A stretch of 64,000 nucleotides of DNA from Trichosphaerium sp. ATCC 40318 (Eukaryota > Protista > Tubulinea). The position numbers were made by a program, and so were the translations under genes. The notes under the pieces are model-generated. The model saw only the letters and a list, made by a program, of their open reading frames with translations. It was not told where the DNA came from and did no database searches. Each line of letters begins with the position of its first letter. The stretch's first letter is position 1. The stretch lies in NCBI GenBank assembly GCA_038496445.1, contig JALMLS010000097.1:124001-188000 (forward strand), written 5' to 3'. Shown here one piece after another: positions 38,807-51,524 of the stretch.

Positions 38807-40600
38807 ATGCTGACCAAAGGCGCGCAAATGTTTAGCAGAAGGGTAGCTTGTGTGAATAAGAACCAAATTTCTCGTTCTTCACTCCCTCGCACTTCCCAGA
38901 CCATCAAAACACGCAACGTGCAAACCTGGTCTAATGTGGATACCAAAGTGGTGTGTTCCAACCTTTTTGTTTAATTATTTATGCTTAAAACGCGTAGGTG
39001 ACACTCTTGCCTGGCGACGGTGTTGGTCCAGAGATCACAGACGCTACAGTCGGTGTTATACAGGCTGCTAAAGCACCTGTTGAATTTGAAAGGTTTGATT
39101 TGCGTGGTCCTTACGAACCTGAGAACATCAGTGAAACGTCAGAACTTATCTCAAGGTGCGAAGCGTAGTTCGTATTGCGCATTTTCTCAAAGTATACCAT
39201 TCTAGCATTTCACGCAATGGCATTGCGCTAAAAGGACCACTTTTCACTCCAGTTGGCTCAAAGCGCTACACAAGAAACTTACAGCTTCGCCGTGTGTTTG
39301 AACTGTCAGCCATGCACGTACCTTGCTACTCCCTAGAAGGTGTCAAGACGCGCCACAATGACGTAGATTTGGTACGTGTCTGAGTCTAAGCACTCCCTTG
39401 TGACAAAAAAGCAAACATCTAAATCAAGTACTCCAGGTTGTAATTAGAGAGAACACAGAAGGAGAATACTCAGGTTTGGAGCAAGAGGTACGATCAATTT
39501 GGTTACTGTACCCGTTTTTTCAAAAAATGAATTATTTTTTTCTGTTTTCTTTTTTTCCCTTTTGAGTTGACATCTTTTCTTTAGCTCGTACCTGGCGTAG
39601 TACAATCTCTTAAAGTGACCACTGAGAAAGCTTCATTGTCCATTGCGAAGAGAGCATTCGACTATGCAGTTGAGAATGCCAGAAAGAAGGTCACAGCCAT
39701 ACACAAGGCCAATATCCAGTGCGTAATTTAACTGCTCATCTTGTCAATGTAACGGTTTTATTTTAAAATAGAAAGGTTACAGATGGATTATTCCTTGAGT
39801 CTTGCAGGTACTTGAACATTTTATGTCGCTGTATATTTAATGTGGCTTTCGACCAATTTGGTCATAGTGTTATTATACGAATTGCTGTTTTACTAATAAC
39901 TATTGTAGACTTGTTGCAGAGAAATACCCTAACATTGAGTACCAAGAGATGATTGTAGACAACACTTGCATGCAGGTACGCGCTGACACGTGCACGCATA
40001 TCCTCAATCAATCTACTTTTTGGTGTATTTTTATCGAGGGTCACTGTACCCCTTCTCCCTTCCACACAAACTGACAACGGATTGCACTAGTTGGTTATGA
40101 ATCCTTCTCAATTTGATATAATGGTCACACCTAATCTTTACGGAACTATTGTCGGTACGTTTGCGCCCTATTGTGGCTGAGAAAGATGCGTGGGCCAATG
40201 TGCTAACAGGTCTTTCTACTTAGCCAACGTTGCTGCTGGATTAGTTGGAGGACCAGGTCTCACACCAGGTGCCAATATCGGTGACAACGTCGCCATTTTC
40301 GAGCCAGGTTGCCGTCACGCTGGCATGGATATTAGAGTACGGTTTATTTTTTCCCCTTGCAATCTGTCCCCTCTAACAGTGTTGTCTCTTTAGGGCAAAA
40401 ATATTGCAAATCCAACCGCTATGATTCTATCAGGTGCTATGATGCTTCGTCACTTGGAATTGGATAGATACGCTGATATGATCGAGAACTCATTGAAACG
40501 TGTTCTTAAAGAAGACAACGTAAAGACCATGGACTTGGGTGGTACCGCCACTACTAAGGAATTCACCAAAAGGGTGATTGAATCCCTTAACAGAAAGTAA
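38807..40600 (+). CDS. IDH1: NAD-dependent isocitrate dehydrogenase, regulatory (non-catalytic) subunit, mitochondrial
   Basis: Presequence; [51 protein letters not shown] (lacks the catalytic DxxSD), ANPTAMIL. Confidence 0.93.
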
Positions 40601-40754
40601 AACAAATTTTGAGAACAAAAAACCAAGCAAATAAAGTGAAGGCTTATGTAAAGAAAAAAAGAGTGTTGACTTTTTTCCCATAAATATTTGGCATTTTATT
40701 ATTAGTACAACGAGAAATCTATCCACTAGTCACCTTGTCACGTGCGGTAGGTGT

Positions 40755-42583
40755 TTACACTGCCACATAACTGGCTGGTACCCATCCAATGCGGCCAGCT
40801 AAGAATTGATGAGTATTTACTTTTTTTTTTTGTATGGTTTGTTCTCCGTACAGCTATTTTGTCCTTCAAACCAACTGCCATCGCGACCAAGTATCACAAT
40901 GCGTTCGCCTTTGAAACACGAGATTTCGAACTGGCTGCGCGCCTGGCAAAGGATTAGAAGAAGATTCAAAAAATGTGACAAATTCAAACTTTTACGCACA
41001 TTAAACGTGTAGCTGGCGATGCCAACCTGATGTGATGTTGCTGCTGGGGCGCCACTGTTTGCTATAGACGCAGTGGCTTGCATCTCTTCGGACGATGATT
41101 CTTCTTCGGAACTGTCCTCTTCGCTGCTGCTCTCTTCGTCTGATTCGTCAGTTTCTGTTGTGTCTTCTCTGCTCGATTCCGAATCGATTGGTGAAGGCGA
41201 CTTGTGCAGGTCTGTCGTAACTGTCTGCACGTATGCCCGAGGGATAAACCCTTTCTCATCACCTAGTTGCACTTCCAACCAATCATCGCTTACAGTGTTG
41301 ATCAAGGTCATAATATCGCCCTTGGAGAAAGATATCTCGCGTTCGTCACGTTTTTCAAAGTCATATCTGCCAAAAAATACGTTCAGTACAAAAATTGGAT
41401 TGCTGCTCTACACTTACAGAGCGGTTACTTTTTCGGTGGATGTTGGTGTTGGCGCTGGTCCAAGTGTAGGAGTGGATTCTCCACGCCCACTATCGGTCCT
41501 TTTAAAGGCGGAGTCTCTGTCTTTGATTGGAGCGCGATTAATCATCTTCTTTTCCGGATCGCAAAGATCTGGTATTAATATCACGCATTGCTTATGTGCA
41601 GCGAACGAGCACGTTTTGCACTGGTAACCTTAGTAGTAGATCAGAGTTTTAAGGCTACTAGTTTGTTCTTGTGTTGTTTTCTGTTGTGATTGCGTACCTT
41701 GCTTTTGTGTTACGCCCCAGATAAACTTTGTACAGTGATTGCACCACGTTGGCCTTTATACGATGAATATTAGTGGCCGGTACAAAAAATAGTGTTTGAT
41801 GTAGCCTGTATGTACCTTCCAAAGTAAGTTAACGAGAACTTGTGCTCGCAATAGTTTGCGTTCCTAGCGTCTAATGTTAGAGGCTCGCTTTGAATAAGGG
41901 CGTATGTACTTGATGAGTGGTCGGCCAGCCTCTATTTATTAAGTGTTAATACTACACAGGCATAGGAGTGGATTGGCGGTATTATGTTCGGCGTAAACAA
42001 AACCAAAAAGGGGGTACCTTTATTTAGTTTATCCGCGCTTTGTGTCATTGTTCGTATCCATTCATCTGCGGATTCGGCGCTATCTAAAAAAAACGTGTTG
42101 TCATGAGCCACACAATCCCCGTTTGTATATTGCACGTGAGTAATGTACCTGCACGTAGTTGGAACGTTTTCCACGTGCGCTCGTCTGTCTTGTAGAAGGC
42201 TATGCATTGGCCATCTTTTTTGCCGACTTTTTTTGCATAACATAACGTTTTTAAGTCTACGCGTTCCACTTCCTATCGCTACGTTAATATTTTTTCGGTT
42301 TAGCTTTGTGTACCTTATGTGGTCCCCACTTTTTTTCGATTTTAGATTTCTGGGAGTATTTAGGGTTTTTGAGTGTAGGAGCTTATCATCGCACCTTTGG
42401 CGTAAATGTCATGATGTAGAAACTAGTAACTTGCACCCAACGCTTCTTCCATGTACCGGACGGTGCTAATACCTGTGCTAAACCTACATGCGCGTTATTT
42501 AGCCATCAAACGGTACTAAAAATTATGTAGCGTGTAATACTGTGCTAATTACGCGACATCGCACCTTCTTTAACGACGGACAT
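40755..42583 (-). CDS. PH-C1-SH3-SH3 adaptor protein
   Basis: GTWKKRWV..ADEWIRTM (PH); HKFSLTYFGRPTWCNHCTKFIWG..GYQCKTCSFAAHKQC..C (C1); ALYDF..EISFSKGD..DDW..GFIPRAYV and ..GRIGWVPASYV (SH3). Confidence 0.85.
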
Positions 42584-42804
42584 GTTAGCGTTAACAAGGC
42601 AATGTGTGTAAAAATGGATTTGGGAAGAAATTGGAGGACGTTGTATTGCAACTTGAGCTCCGCAAACCCAAAACAGGCAAGAACTTACTACAAATTTACC
42701 GCTTGATACACAGGCTACTACAGTTTAATATTTGCACAACAATATAGTTTGTCCAATACTGGAATTACATTTTCTGTCAACATACATTCGGTACAAACCC
42801 TCCT

Positions 42805-43628
42805 TTAAAATCTTGACCTGTACGGTTTGAGACGTGGAATAAACATGCCTACTTCCTCTCTATACATTTGAAAGATGGCACCTAAAACACGCTGTTACTA
42901 CGTGCAAAAGGGAATGAGTGTCAAGAGGTTGTTTTTACTTGCCGTATTTGTTTATGCGAACTGGATCTAGGATGAGCGACATGTACAAGAAACTCCCAAC
43001 AAAGAATACCAGGCAGTAGTAGAACATTGTAGGCGAATTGATCAGCTGAGAACCTGCAAGTAGAGAAATCTCAAGTATCTTGTAAGCCGCCTTGGTGTGA
43101 CTTGATTGTAATTGTGCGTACCCACAAGCCGCTTGTCAAGGGCGTTCGGATGTACTTGTGTATCCCATGAATCGATAAAGGTTCTATTGCGGATTTTGGG
43201 AGTACAGGGAAGAGACCGTCAAAGCTATAAAAGTGGATGAGGGGATGTTGACACACGACATACAAAAAATGTTTACGTACGCAATCCCTAAACCGAATAG
43301 TAGACCGCCAATGCCCATTATACTCTTAAATAGACGTGAATAAACCGTTATAACGATAATGTAACCGAACCTGTACTGGACGCGTCAAAGTTGCGGCGAC
43401 ATCCAACCCAAAGAATTTACGTATGCCATACTCTAGGAAGGGCGTATCGAAGTCTTTTGTAACAAGTATAATAAATGCAGGTACGCCTATCACGTTTACA
43501 ACCTAGTAAATATCAAAATTGAGCGTGTGGGAGTATTGTACCATCCATAGTAAATGTTTTAAGGATAGCGAATTGCCAAACGGCTTTTTGTAGAGTTGGT
43601 CGCGTAAGCTTGGTTGATGGCTAGCCAT
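42805..43628 (-). CDS. ICMT/PEMT-family membrane methyltransferase-like protein
   Basis: Multi-TM; LSIHGIHKYIRTPLTSG (cf. L...G.Y..VRHP.Y.G); INKYGAIFQMYREEVGMFIP. Confidence 0.65.
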
Positions 43629-43772
43629 TGTGTTAGCGTTATTGATTGATGCCCACGTCGAACAGAAAAATGACGAATTTGTTTGCGGCAAGTTTTTCAC
43701 TAAAGAGAGAACCCTTGACTGTGACCCCACACTTATTCTTTGCGAACTTTTCTTGTTTTACATAGCAGCACC

Positions 43773-44458
43773 ATGGTGTGTATTATGCATTAATGAGTAA
43801 ATACTGACAAATTGTAGTCTCAAGCGGATATACAAGATACACAGCCTGTTGGAGACGACGATGAGCTTATGGGCGATATAAAAGAGGAGGAGGTCGATAT
43901 GATAGACACTCAAATGAGTTTTGATGATGTGCGCGTCCCAAGCATACCATGAGAGTCACTAAGCGTATTATAGGACACCAACGCATTTGCGAGCGCCCCA
44001 GCAGAAGGTTTTGGTTCTAAATCTTTTTATAAACGCTAACGCCACTCTTAGCAATGTCAGAGGTTGTACCCTTCGAAGAGGATATTGAAGAAGACCACAA
44101 ATCGGAAGTACGGATTGTGTATGCAACGTAACGGTCAACATTGACATTTTTAAACAAAAGCGTGTGACCACTCCATTCATGACAAAATACGAGAGAGCAC
44201 GTATCCTTGGTGTGCGTGCAAAACAGATTAGCATGAACGCACCTATTCTTGTTGAGTTAAAGGGAGAAACAGATCCTCTAGAGATTGCCATGAAAGAGCT
44301 AAAGGAAAGTAAGATACCACTCATCATTCGCAGGTACATACATACACACGCCTTTTCTGTCTTTTTTGACCTCAACGTGGTCCTAACAAGCTTATTAAAG
44401 ACGGTTACCTGATGGCAGCCACGAGGATTGGACCGTAGATGAGCTTATCATTCCTTGA
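43773..44458 (+). CDS. RPB6: RNA polymerase I/II/III common subunit RPABC2
   Basis: Acidic N-terminus; [55 protein letters not shown]. Confidence 0.97.
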
Positions 44459-44484
44459 TTCCGCTTTTTTTCGTTTATTGTATC

Positions 44485-44620
44485 CATAGCCAGCTCCCTC
44501 GATCAGTATAACTCTAGTCGTGGGATGAGACCCCAAAAAAAGAAGAAACGCCAACTTCTTAACACTGCACAATCAACCATTTATGTGCCAGTAGTAGTGC
44601 GTTGGCGCTTTTCTTCTTTG
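44485..44620 (-). ncRNA. Candidate structured RNA (two hairpins with internal loops; H/ACA-like but no H box)
   Basis: Inverted repeats AAGAAGAAA-CGCCAAC/GTTGGCG-CTTTTCTTCTT and TCCC-CGA/TCG-GGGA; G-U pairs favour the minus strand. Confidence 0.3.
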
Positions 44621-44699
44621 TACCCCAAAAAATAAATTTTGCCATTGCTTAAATCACGTGACCAAAAAACGTTTTTCTTTTAAAGTGTAAATAAAGACG

Positions 44700-47600
44700 A
44701 TGATAAGGAAACCTTCTTCCAAGACTCTTGCTCACTCTACCAGCATGAGGATTCGAAAACCGGCGTTAGGTAGGCTAGAAAACCGAATGGTGGCGTCGAT
44801 GCGTTCGTTACCTAGGCACACTGGTAGCTCTGCTTCTTTTGAATTATTACCCGGACATGCGTATATTCGCCGCAGACTCTTGGATCCAAGCGCGTACCCC
44901 ATCGTAGACGATAGGTGCTTACTATTCGTTACTTTTAACACTGGCTCTTAACGAATTACAAACATCAATTTGGTTTTTGCTCTTGTTTTTAACTGCGATG
45001 GTTGCTAGCCTACTGTTTACAACAATCTATGCAGTGTAATTTGAAAAGCGTTGGCGCTAATGCGAGCTTTCGTATTATTCATCTAAATGATGTTTGTAGT
45101 GAAGAAAACAGAGATGACGACCACGGAGAGGAAGCGGTAAAGTCTATATCCGCAGCATTGGCAAATGTAGATGCACGTGTATCTTCTATGGTAGAAATTA
45201 TGGGCTCCTTCGACGCCAAGTTGATGAAGCTTCGTCAATTAACTGACAACAACATCAGCAAGTGGCAAATGATATATTCAAGCACGTACATGCGCTAGGA
45301 TACACTTTGAGATAAGTTGAATTGACGAAGTTGTATGTAGACCTTGATAAGACGATTGATGGGATAGAGACCATACTAGACAAGTTTGATAGTATAAATG
45401 AAGGCCAACTCCTGCAAGAACCACTACTCCTTATGCCATCGCTAATATAGAGTACTCATTTAGGAATCAGTCTCCAGATGAGGTTGGGATACCAAGATAC
45501 ATTGCGATATTTGACAAGGTCGATAGCAGCATACAATTTTTCATGGATAAAAAAAACTTCAAGTCAGGGGACTTATACAGCAAACAACTGGGCAAGTTTC
45601 GTAAAGGTAACCATCTAAAAAATCACGTGTCACGTTTTTGTGGCGTCTGTTACAGTAGTCATCGTCAGCATCATCAGCATCATCGTAACTTTACAACCGC
45701 TCTTTAAGCGTGCCACGTGATTATTTCGTTTTTAAGACATACTAACTGGTGTAGCCGGATTAAGAGGAATGGTATGAACGCTTGTGGACTAAATATAGCC
45801 TGAGTCAAGCTTATACAAACATTTTTGGCGTTGACAAGGATATGACTGAGTGTAGGTAAAAGCCTTCAAGTCGCGGTTGTCTGCGTGTTCAACACCGATA
45901 TACTTCGAGTCGAGGATTACCAAAGAACTCAAGAGACAGAGAACAGGTTGGTTAACGCACTTGTCGTTTATTCTATCCCATAGTTGCAAATTACTAACCC
46001 CACCGCCTTTTCAACATAGATATTCGTACTGTGCTTCGAGACAATGATTTCTCCATCTCATTATGTGAACCCAACGCACAGGAAGAGATGCAAATGTTGG
46101 CCGCAAAGCTCCACAGCCTGGAGTTGGGAAAGCCCCAATCCACCAATGCGGTCTTCCCTCAATTGTTATCGCATTATGTAGAAAAGAGGTAACCTGCCAC
46201 TAGGCATGCCATGCCGTATTACTAGTCGCACCGTTCACACTTGTTAGGAGCTCGTTCTTATTGCTCAGCTTAAACAGGTCCGACATGGACTCTTTTACAA
46301 CCCAATACTGTCAGTAGCTTGCTGACTCGGTATTGTGATTAGATCCAGTAGCTTCAGTCCAGCTCAACAATTCAAGATTCCAAGTTTTTCAGACACAGAA
46401 CATGTCCTCCAACACTACATTGTCTTATTGAAGGTAAATAACAGTTGCTTGTCGCTACTGGTTGAAATAAGCGTCTAACAGTGTACCGGCTTAGAGTGAA
46501 TATGTTTTTGCTACGGACACATTACCAGCATCAGCCGTACGGGAAGTTTGGGATGATGTTGTCAAGGACAGCCAGGAGAGGGTGGATGCACGATTGATAG
46601 ACATTGTAAGTTACGCCAGCCATCAGCATGTTTCTATACACCCCTCTTTGACTGGCATGCAAAGGTAAAAGCTCTTGAAAACAGTACCAATAGAGAAACT
46701 TCTGTCTTTACGTTGTTGGAGATATGGCAGTTCTTCTACGATCACCTGGACCTCTTCCACAAGATACTCGCGGTACGCATACAACAATAGCAATCATTTT
46801 TGTGGCAAACCAGCGCCCTGAGGACTGACACTGGAGAAAAGGTAAATCCAGATAGCACCAGAGCTTTTCAAGGCGTGTCTGGGCTGTGGAAATGTATTGA
46901 TGCGACTGCTAGGTAAGTTTTTTTGAACCGTAACGGGATGCGCTTTGAGCTCAATCGTTTGCATCTAGGTTCAATTGCTTTAATCAAGAAGAAAAGTACG
47001 TTCGCACATCACCTGAGCAGCTTCCTCTTGATGGCACCGTCCTCCAACTTACAGCCAAGGTGAGGATTAGTACTACTAAGCCTATAATTTATTACTGACT
47101 TGTTTGGTAGACGCTGAACTACCTGCTGTCCCTCCTCAAGTTTTTACCAACAGTCGAATTGGTTTTGAGTCCTGAACACGAGCCATTGATGAAGCTTATT
47201 TCGCCACCTAAGCCAGATCCTAACGTAACGTTAAAGCCGTTTATAAGTGAGTGTGCACACCTTTTTTTATTTCAAAAAATAGTTGGCTTAGAACTAACGT
47301 GGATTCAAAAGTGCGCATGCTAGAAGCGCTTGACAGCACGCTGTTGTTTAAAGCGGAGGGCGCATCTAAAAAGGACGCTGCGTTGGCGACGATATTCCTT
47401 TTAAACAACTACCACTTCATTTACAGCACGCTCAAGGACTCTCCGCTTGCACGGTTTACACAAGAACAGATTGGTGGATACCAAAAGCGCGTTGAGCACC
47501 AGAAAGATGACTACATGACCAGGTACGCAACTTGTCATGCAAGTCACTTCTTCTCACTGTTTTCTATGTTGTAGTTGGAGCACAACATTGAAGTACCTCT

Positions 47601-48107
47601 CTGAAGAGCTTAACTTTGGAACCAAAAAGCGAGACTTGCTCAAGTCAGTCGTGTCAAAAAACAAGATAGAACTCAAGATAAAGGCGGGATTTAATGGATT
47701 TAATCAAAATCTCGAAAAGGTTCATTAGTGTTTACATCGCCAACAGCTGACGGCCTTTCTTAGATATACGCGACCCAACAGCACTTTCTAATACCTAATA
47801 AGGAATTGCGACGAACAATGCAGTCACTCCTTAAAGCAGAAGTGATCAAACAGTACACTGCTTTTCTAGCAAGGTAAATAGACCCAAGGGTGGATAATTA
47901 CATTTTTTTTGAAATTGAAAAATTGAGCATTTGTCTGGCTGACAACAACTCTTTTCTAGGTTCTCGCAGGTACACTTTACGGATAACTCCTCCAAGTATA
48001 TTAGATACAACCCAGAGACGATCAGTAGCATGTTTGATAACTTTTTCACCGGGCTGTACAAGGAAAATAGATCCAAAAAGTTTTCATTGTCCAATAAGAC
48101 ACGTTAA
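44700..48107 (+). CDS. EXO70: Exocyst subunit Exo70
   Basis: LPLDGTVLQLTAKTLNYL, LATIFLLNNYHFI, FNGFNQNLEKIYATQ..IPNKELR, FTDNSSKYIRY. Confidence 0.9.
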
Positions 48108-48364
48108 ACTGGCATACGTTACTCACTTTGGTGTAAGTAACTAAGTTCAGAATAAAATAAAGAGCCGTTTGTTTTAACGATTATTAACGAACGATGTATT
48201 TATGATAGCAATAAATAAAGTGGTTTATTCGCTGTGTTTTTGTAGTGTGTGTTAGTTTGAGTGGTCTTTGAAGGGTGGGTGGTTTAGATTAAATAAGGGT
48301 GGGTGGCGTCCAATACATGATTGGACAATAAATACGACCCCTAACGAGAACAAAAACGCAACGT

Positions 48365-49768
48365 TTACGCTTTGGAAAGACGTTTCCTTTTGCGTTGGTT
48401 GGTCGAGCGCCTCTCAGCCATATAACGATTTCTTTCAGCTCTAGAGTGTACGTGTGAGCGAATGAGCAAAAAGTAGAGAGCCCGTGGCATTTAGAGACGA
48501 GCAGTAGAGTGGTTGGTTACATACCTTGGAAAACCATGCTGATTGACATTCGACCAAATGGAGAAAGGCGCTGATTTTAGTGTGTGTACAGGTTTACCAT
48601 TGACGTTGAGTGTGTACGTCAGGTGAAATATAAAGCCTAAAGAAGTGAACATTGTGAGCATAACTGCGTTGTCTTTTGGATTAAAATTCTACCTTTTGTG
48701 CGGCCAGCCAGTGAGGCTTGAGATATTTTAAGGGAAGGCAAGCTAATCCGTGCTTCGCCTTTAGACTAGAAGCCAAATGTCAGTGAGAGCCCGCCGCAGC
48801 ACAAGCAAGAAAATATTTTCCAGAAAAAAACCAAATGCGCAATAACGCGGCCAATGTACGATTTAAAAAGTTGATACGATATACGCACCATTACTGGAAT
48901 AGCAATCAAAAAGATATTGTTATCGCGTTCATCCCTGCCCATTTGTTTGTCACAAACCAGGTGAACGGTGATGTTGTCAGAACACCGCAATAATTCTTTT
49001 CCCTAACGTTATAATAATGAGTACAAGGCCTACAATATTAAAAAAAGAGAAAGTAATTGCGTTCTTTTGGGGCGGCATGTGGGGTTTAACCGATGATGAA
49101 AACCGTCACTGGCTCCTGTAACTAGGTTGTGGTGGTTATTAAATACGTACTTGAATTGATATAACGTTAGCTGGGAGTATGTTGAATTCCTTGACTTGGT
49201 GTTCGCTAGGCCCAACTTCCAAACTCAGCCTACAGCCGTTCGTTAACATTCCAGAACCAACCGTTTAAGAAGTTATATTTTCTTGATTGTACCTGGGAGT
49301 TGGTTCAATGTACTGAGCTTGGCTCTCAACTTCCAAGTCTTCTTTAGACTCAGTGTCTTCATCGTAGCGTGGTGTAGCAGTTGGCACGGTCACACCTGGA
49401 TAATACTACAAACAGGTTGAGAATTGTGGAAATCAGTTTGGTCTCGTAAATTAACGGAATTACGAAGCCCATAGCGCACCTGTTTGCATGAGGTGTTCAT
49501 TCGCGGTTGTACGTTGGCGTACTGAATAGCGGAGTTGAAAGTGTATCGTAGTGGCGCGTCGTACGGTAAACCACCGTTGTGGGCCTCAATGAATTGGGGT
49601 TGCGTGGGATCTGGATAAATGTGTAAATTCGCGCTAAATCGATCTAATTGTTGTACCACGATGAATTTGCCAGTTGTCGTAATAAACTGGGGCGTGTTGA
49701 GGTGCGACATAGCGCGAGAATTGTGCATAGACAGGGCCGTCGTACTGATTCATTCTTGGTTTGTACAT
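48365..49768 (-). CDS. Putative transcription factor with beta-sandwich (CudA/STAT/p53-like) domain and C-terminal NLS
   Basis: Low-complexity N-terminus; LSLEVGPSEHQVKEFNILP..ISLPSLKISQAS..FIFHLTYTL..LKSAPFSIWS; ends RKRKR. Confidence 0.4.
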
Positions 49769-50116
49769 TAGCCAAGGGTGACGTCTCTGGAGTTAAATAA
49801 ATAATATGAGTTCTGTTCACTGACGTTTGAAATATTTTGAACTTAAAAAAACAACATTTCTTCTACACTACGCCACCATGGTATTACTGAGCTTGCACTA
49901 AATCATTGCAGTGCAAAACTATAAAAATAAATTATCGGAATTTGTAGTTTTCTGGTTTTCTTGAGGTTCTTTCTTAAGCTAACGAACATAGAACCGAAAA
50001 CGCACAAGCCACACTTGGTTTAGGGCGAGAAAAAAATGAGCTTGGTTAGAAAGGTAGGTGGTATTTTGGAGGTTGTTGTTACAAGGTTTGTGTTTTGTTT
50101 TCTTCAAAAGTTCGCG

Positions 50117-51407
50117 CTATACATGCTCCATTGCTACAACAACGGTTTTGTTTTTGCGTTTTTTAGCTATGAGTGAGTGCTTTGCAGCGGCGTGTTGTGC
50201 CTTATCTTGTTTCTCCAAGTACTCCTTACGGTGCAATATCGCGTACACCCAACAAACAGTGCACATGCTGACAATAAGGATGCCGAGTGCCACTGCCGAA
50301 GCAATTGCACCTTCAATTGGACCTTTATCAATCACTACACTTGGCAGTTAGTAAAAAATGCCTATGAATAAATGCTCTTGGAATGAATGGTAGTATTTTG
50401 TGTACCTTCTGCCGGGCAATTGGGTTGACCTTGACGTCAACATGTCAGTAACAAAACCAATACAAAATTGTAATTTACAAAGAACGAATGGGTGTCATTT
50501 CGTGGGGGGGCAGTACCTGGTGATGGTGCACATATGCCAACGCTGTTATTTGTGCTGAAGTAAGAGATGCTCGCATACGACACGTTTTCGTGTGTAGCTA
50601 TAGCGGTGGTTAGTAGTGTGTCCACAAAGGTAGTTAATCGATAAAAATGCAACAGCAAAAAAGACTACGCACGCGTTGTGGCTATTTTTGAGTTGTTGTA
50701 GCACGGCCACGTGTTTTCTAAGGTCCCGAAAGATAATCCGGCCAGAACGTCGGATGTATTTGCTGTTCTGACCAATACAACGCAAGCACTTTCTCCTAAG
50801 CCATGGACGTCCGTTGGGTATTTAAACAGTGACACCCTAGGGCCTACTGTGGCTAATTTTGGTCAGTGGGCCAGTAAAAGCCAGGAGCATTTGATGGTGA
50901 GGGTGTTGACGTACCAAACCCGTTTTGCGCTGTAATGCGTTCCAATCGCTTTTTTTCGCGTGTAGATAGGTCTAATTCACCTTCAGCCGCTGGCTCTTCC
51001 TCTACAGGGTCAGATCTCTTTGATGACGAGCGTGACGCGTTATCAGGAACGACTAGTCTTACGGTTGCTGTAGCATCTCCAGCAATGCTGGTATTGCCAT
51101 GGAGCAACAAGAAGTGCGTTACATTTGCCGTTGGGGGGAGTTCTACTCCCCACTCCTCGTGCATAGTTTCGTCGTATGTGGTGTACACATGGACGCGTAA
51201 CGATTCATTCAGTGCGTTGTTAACTACAGTTACTTCAATAAATTCGTTTTCAACCGGGCCATTGTCGATTTCGCTAATGTACGCAATGCCAGAAAGCGTA
51301 AATGGATCAGAGGTGTCGCTTGCCCAAACACACAAAACCTAAACGTGTTAATAACTGTAACAACGTACTAAACATACCAGCAATGATAAAACGTAGTACA
51401 TTGACAT
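50117..51407 (-). CDS. Type I membrane glycoprotein, unknown function
   Basis: Signal peptide, many N-x-S/T sites, single C-terminal TM (AIASAVALGILIVSMCTVCWVYAIL), basic tail. Confidence 0.7.
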
Positions 51408-51524
51408 TGCAGCGTTTGTGGCAAATGAATACAAATACTCTTTTTTTTTCAATTAAAGTCTCACCTTAAATAATTCAGTGAAATCAACTAAAATGCCTAA
51501 TGGTGTCAAGCATACAAACCCCCA

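Noticed and set aside
45390-45450. Possible third GC-AG intron in EXO70
   Set aside because: An upstream GT donor in the same phase works equally well
48271-48306. Duplicated AAGGGTGGGTGG, potential G-quadruplex
   Set aside because: Long central loop, and the overlapping minus-strand mRNA would carry the C-rich strand; no other support
49890-49920. TTGCACT..AGTGCAA hairpin with an ATTGCAG U2-loop-like motif
   Set aside because: No U2 branch-pairing or U1 5' sequence nearby
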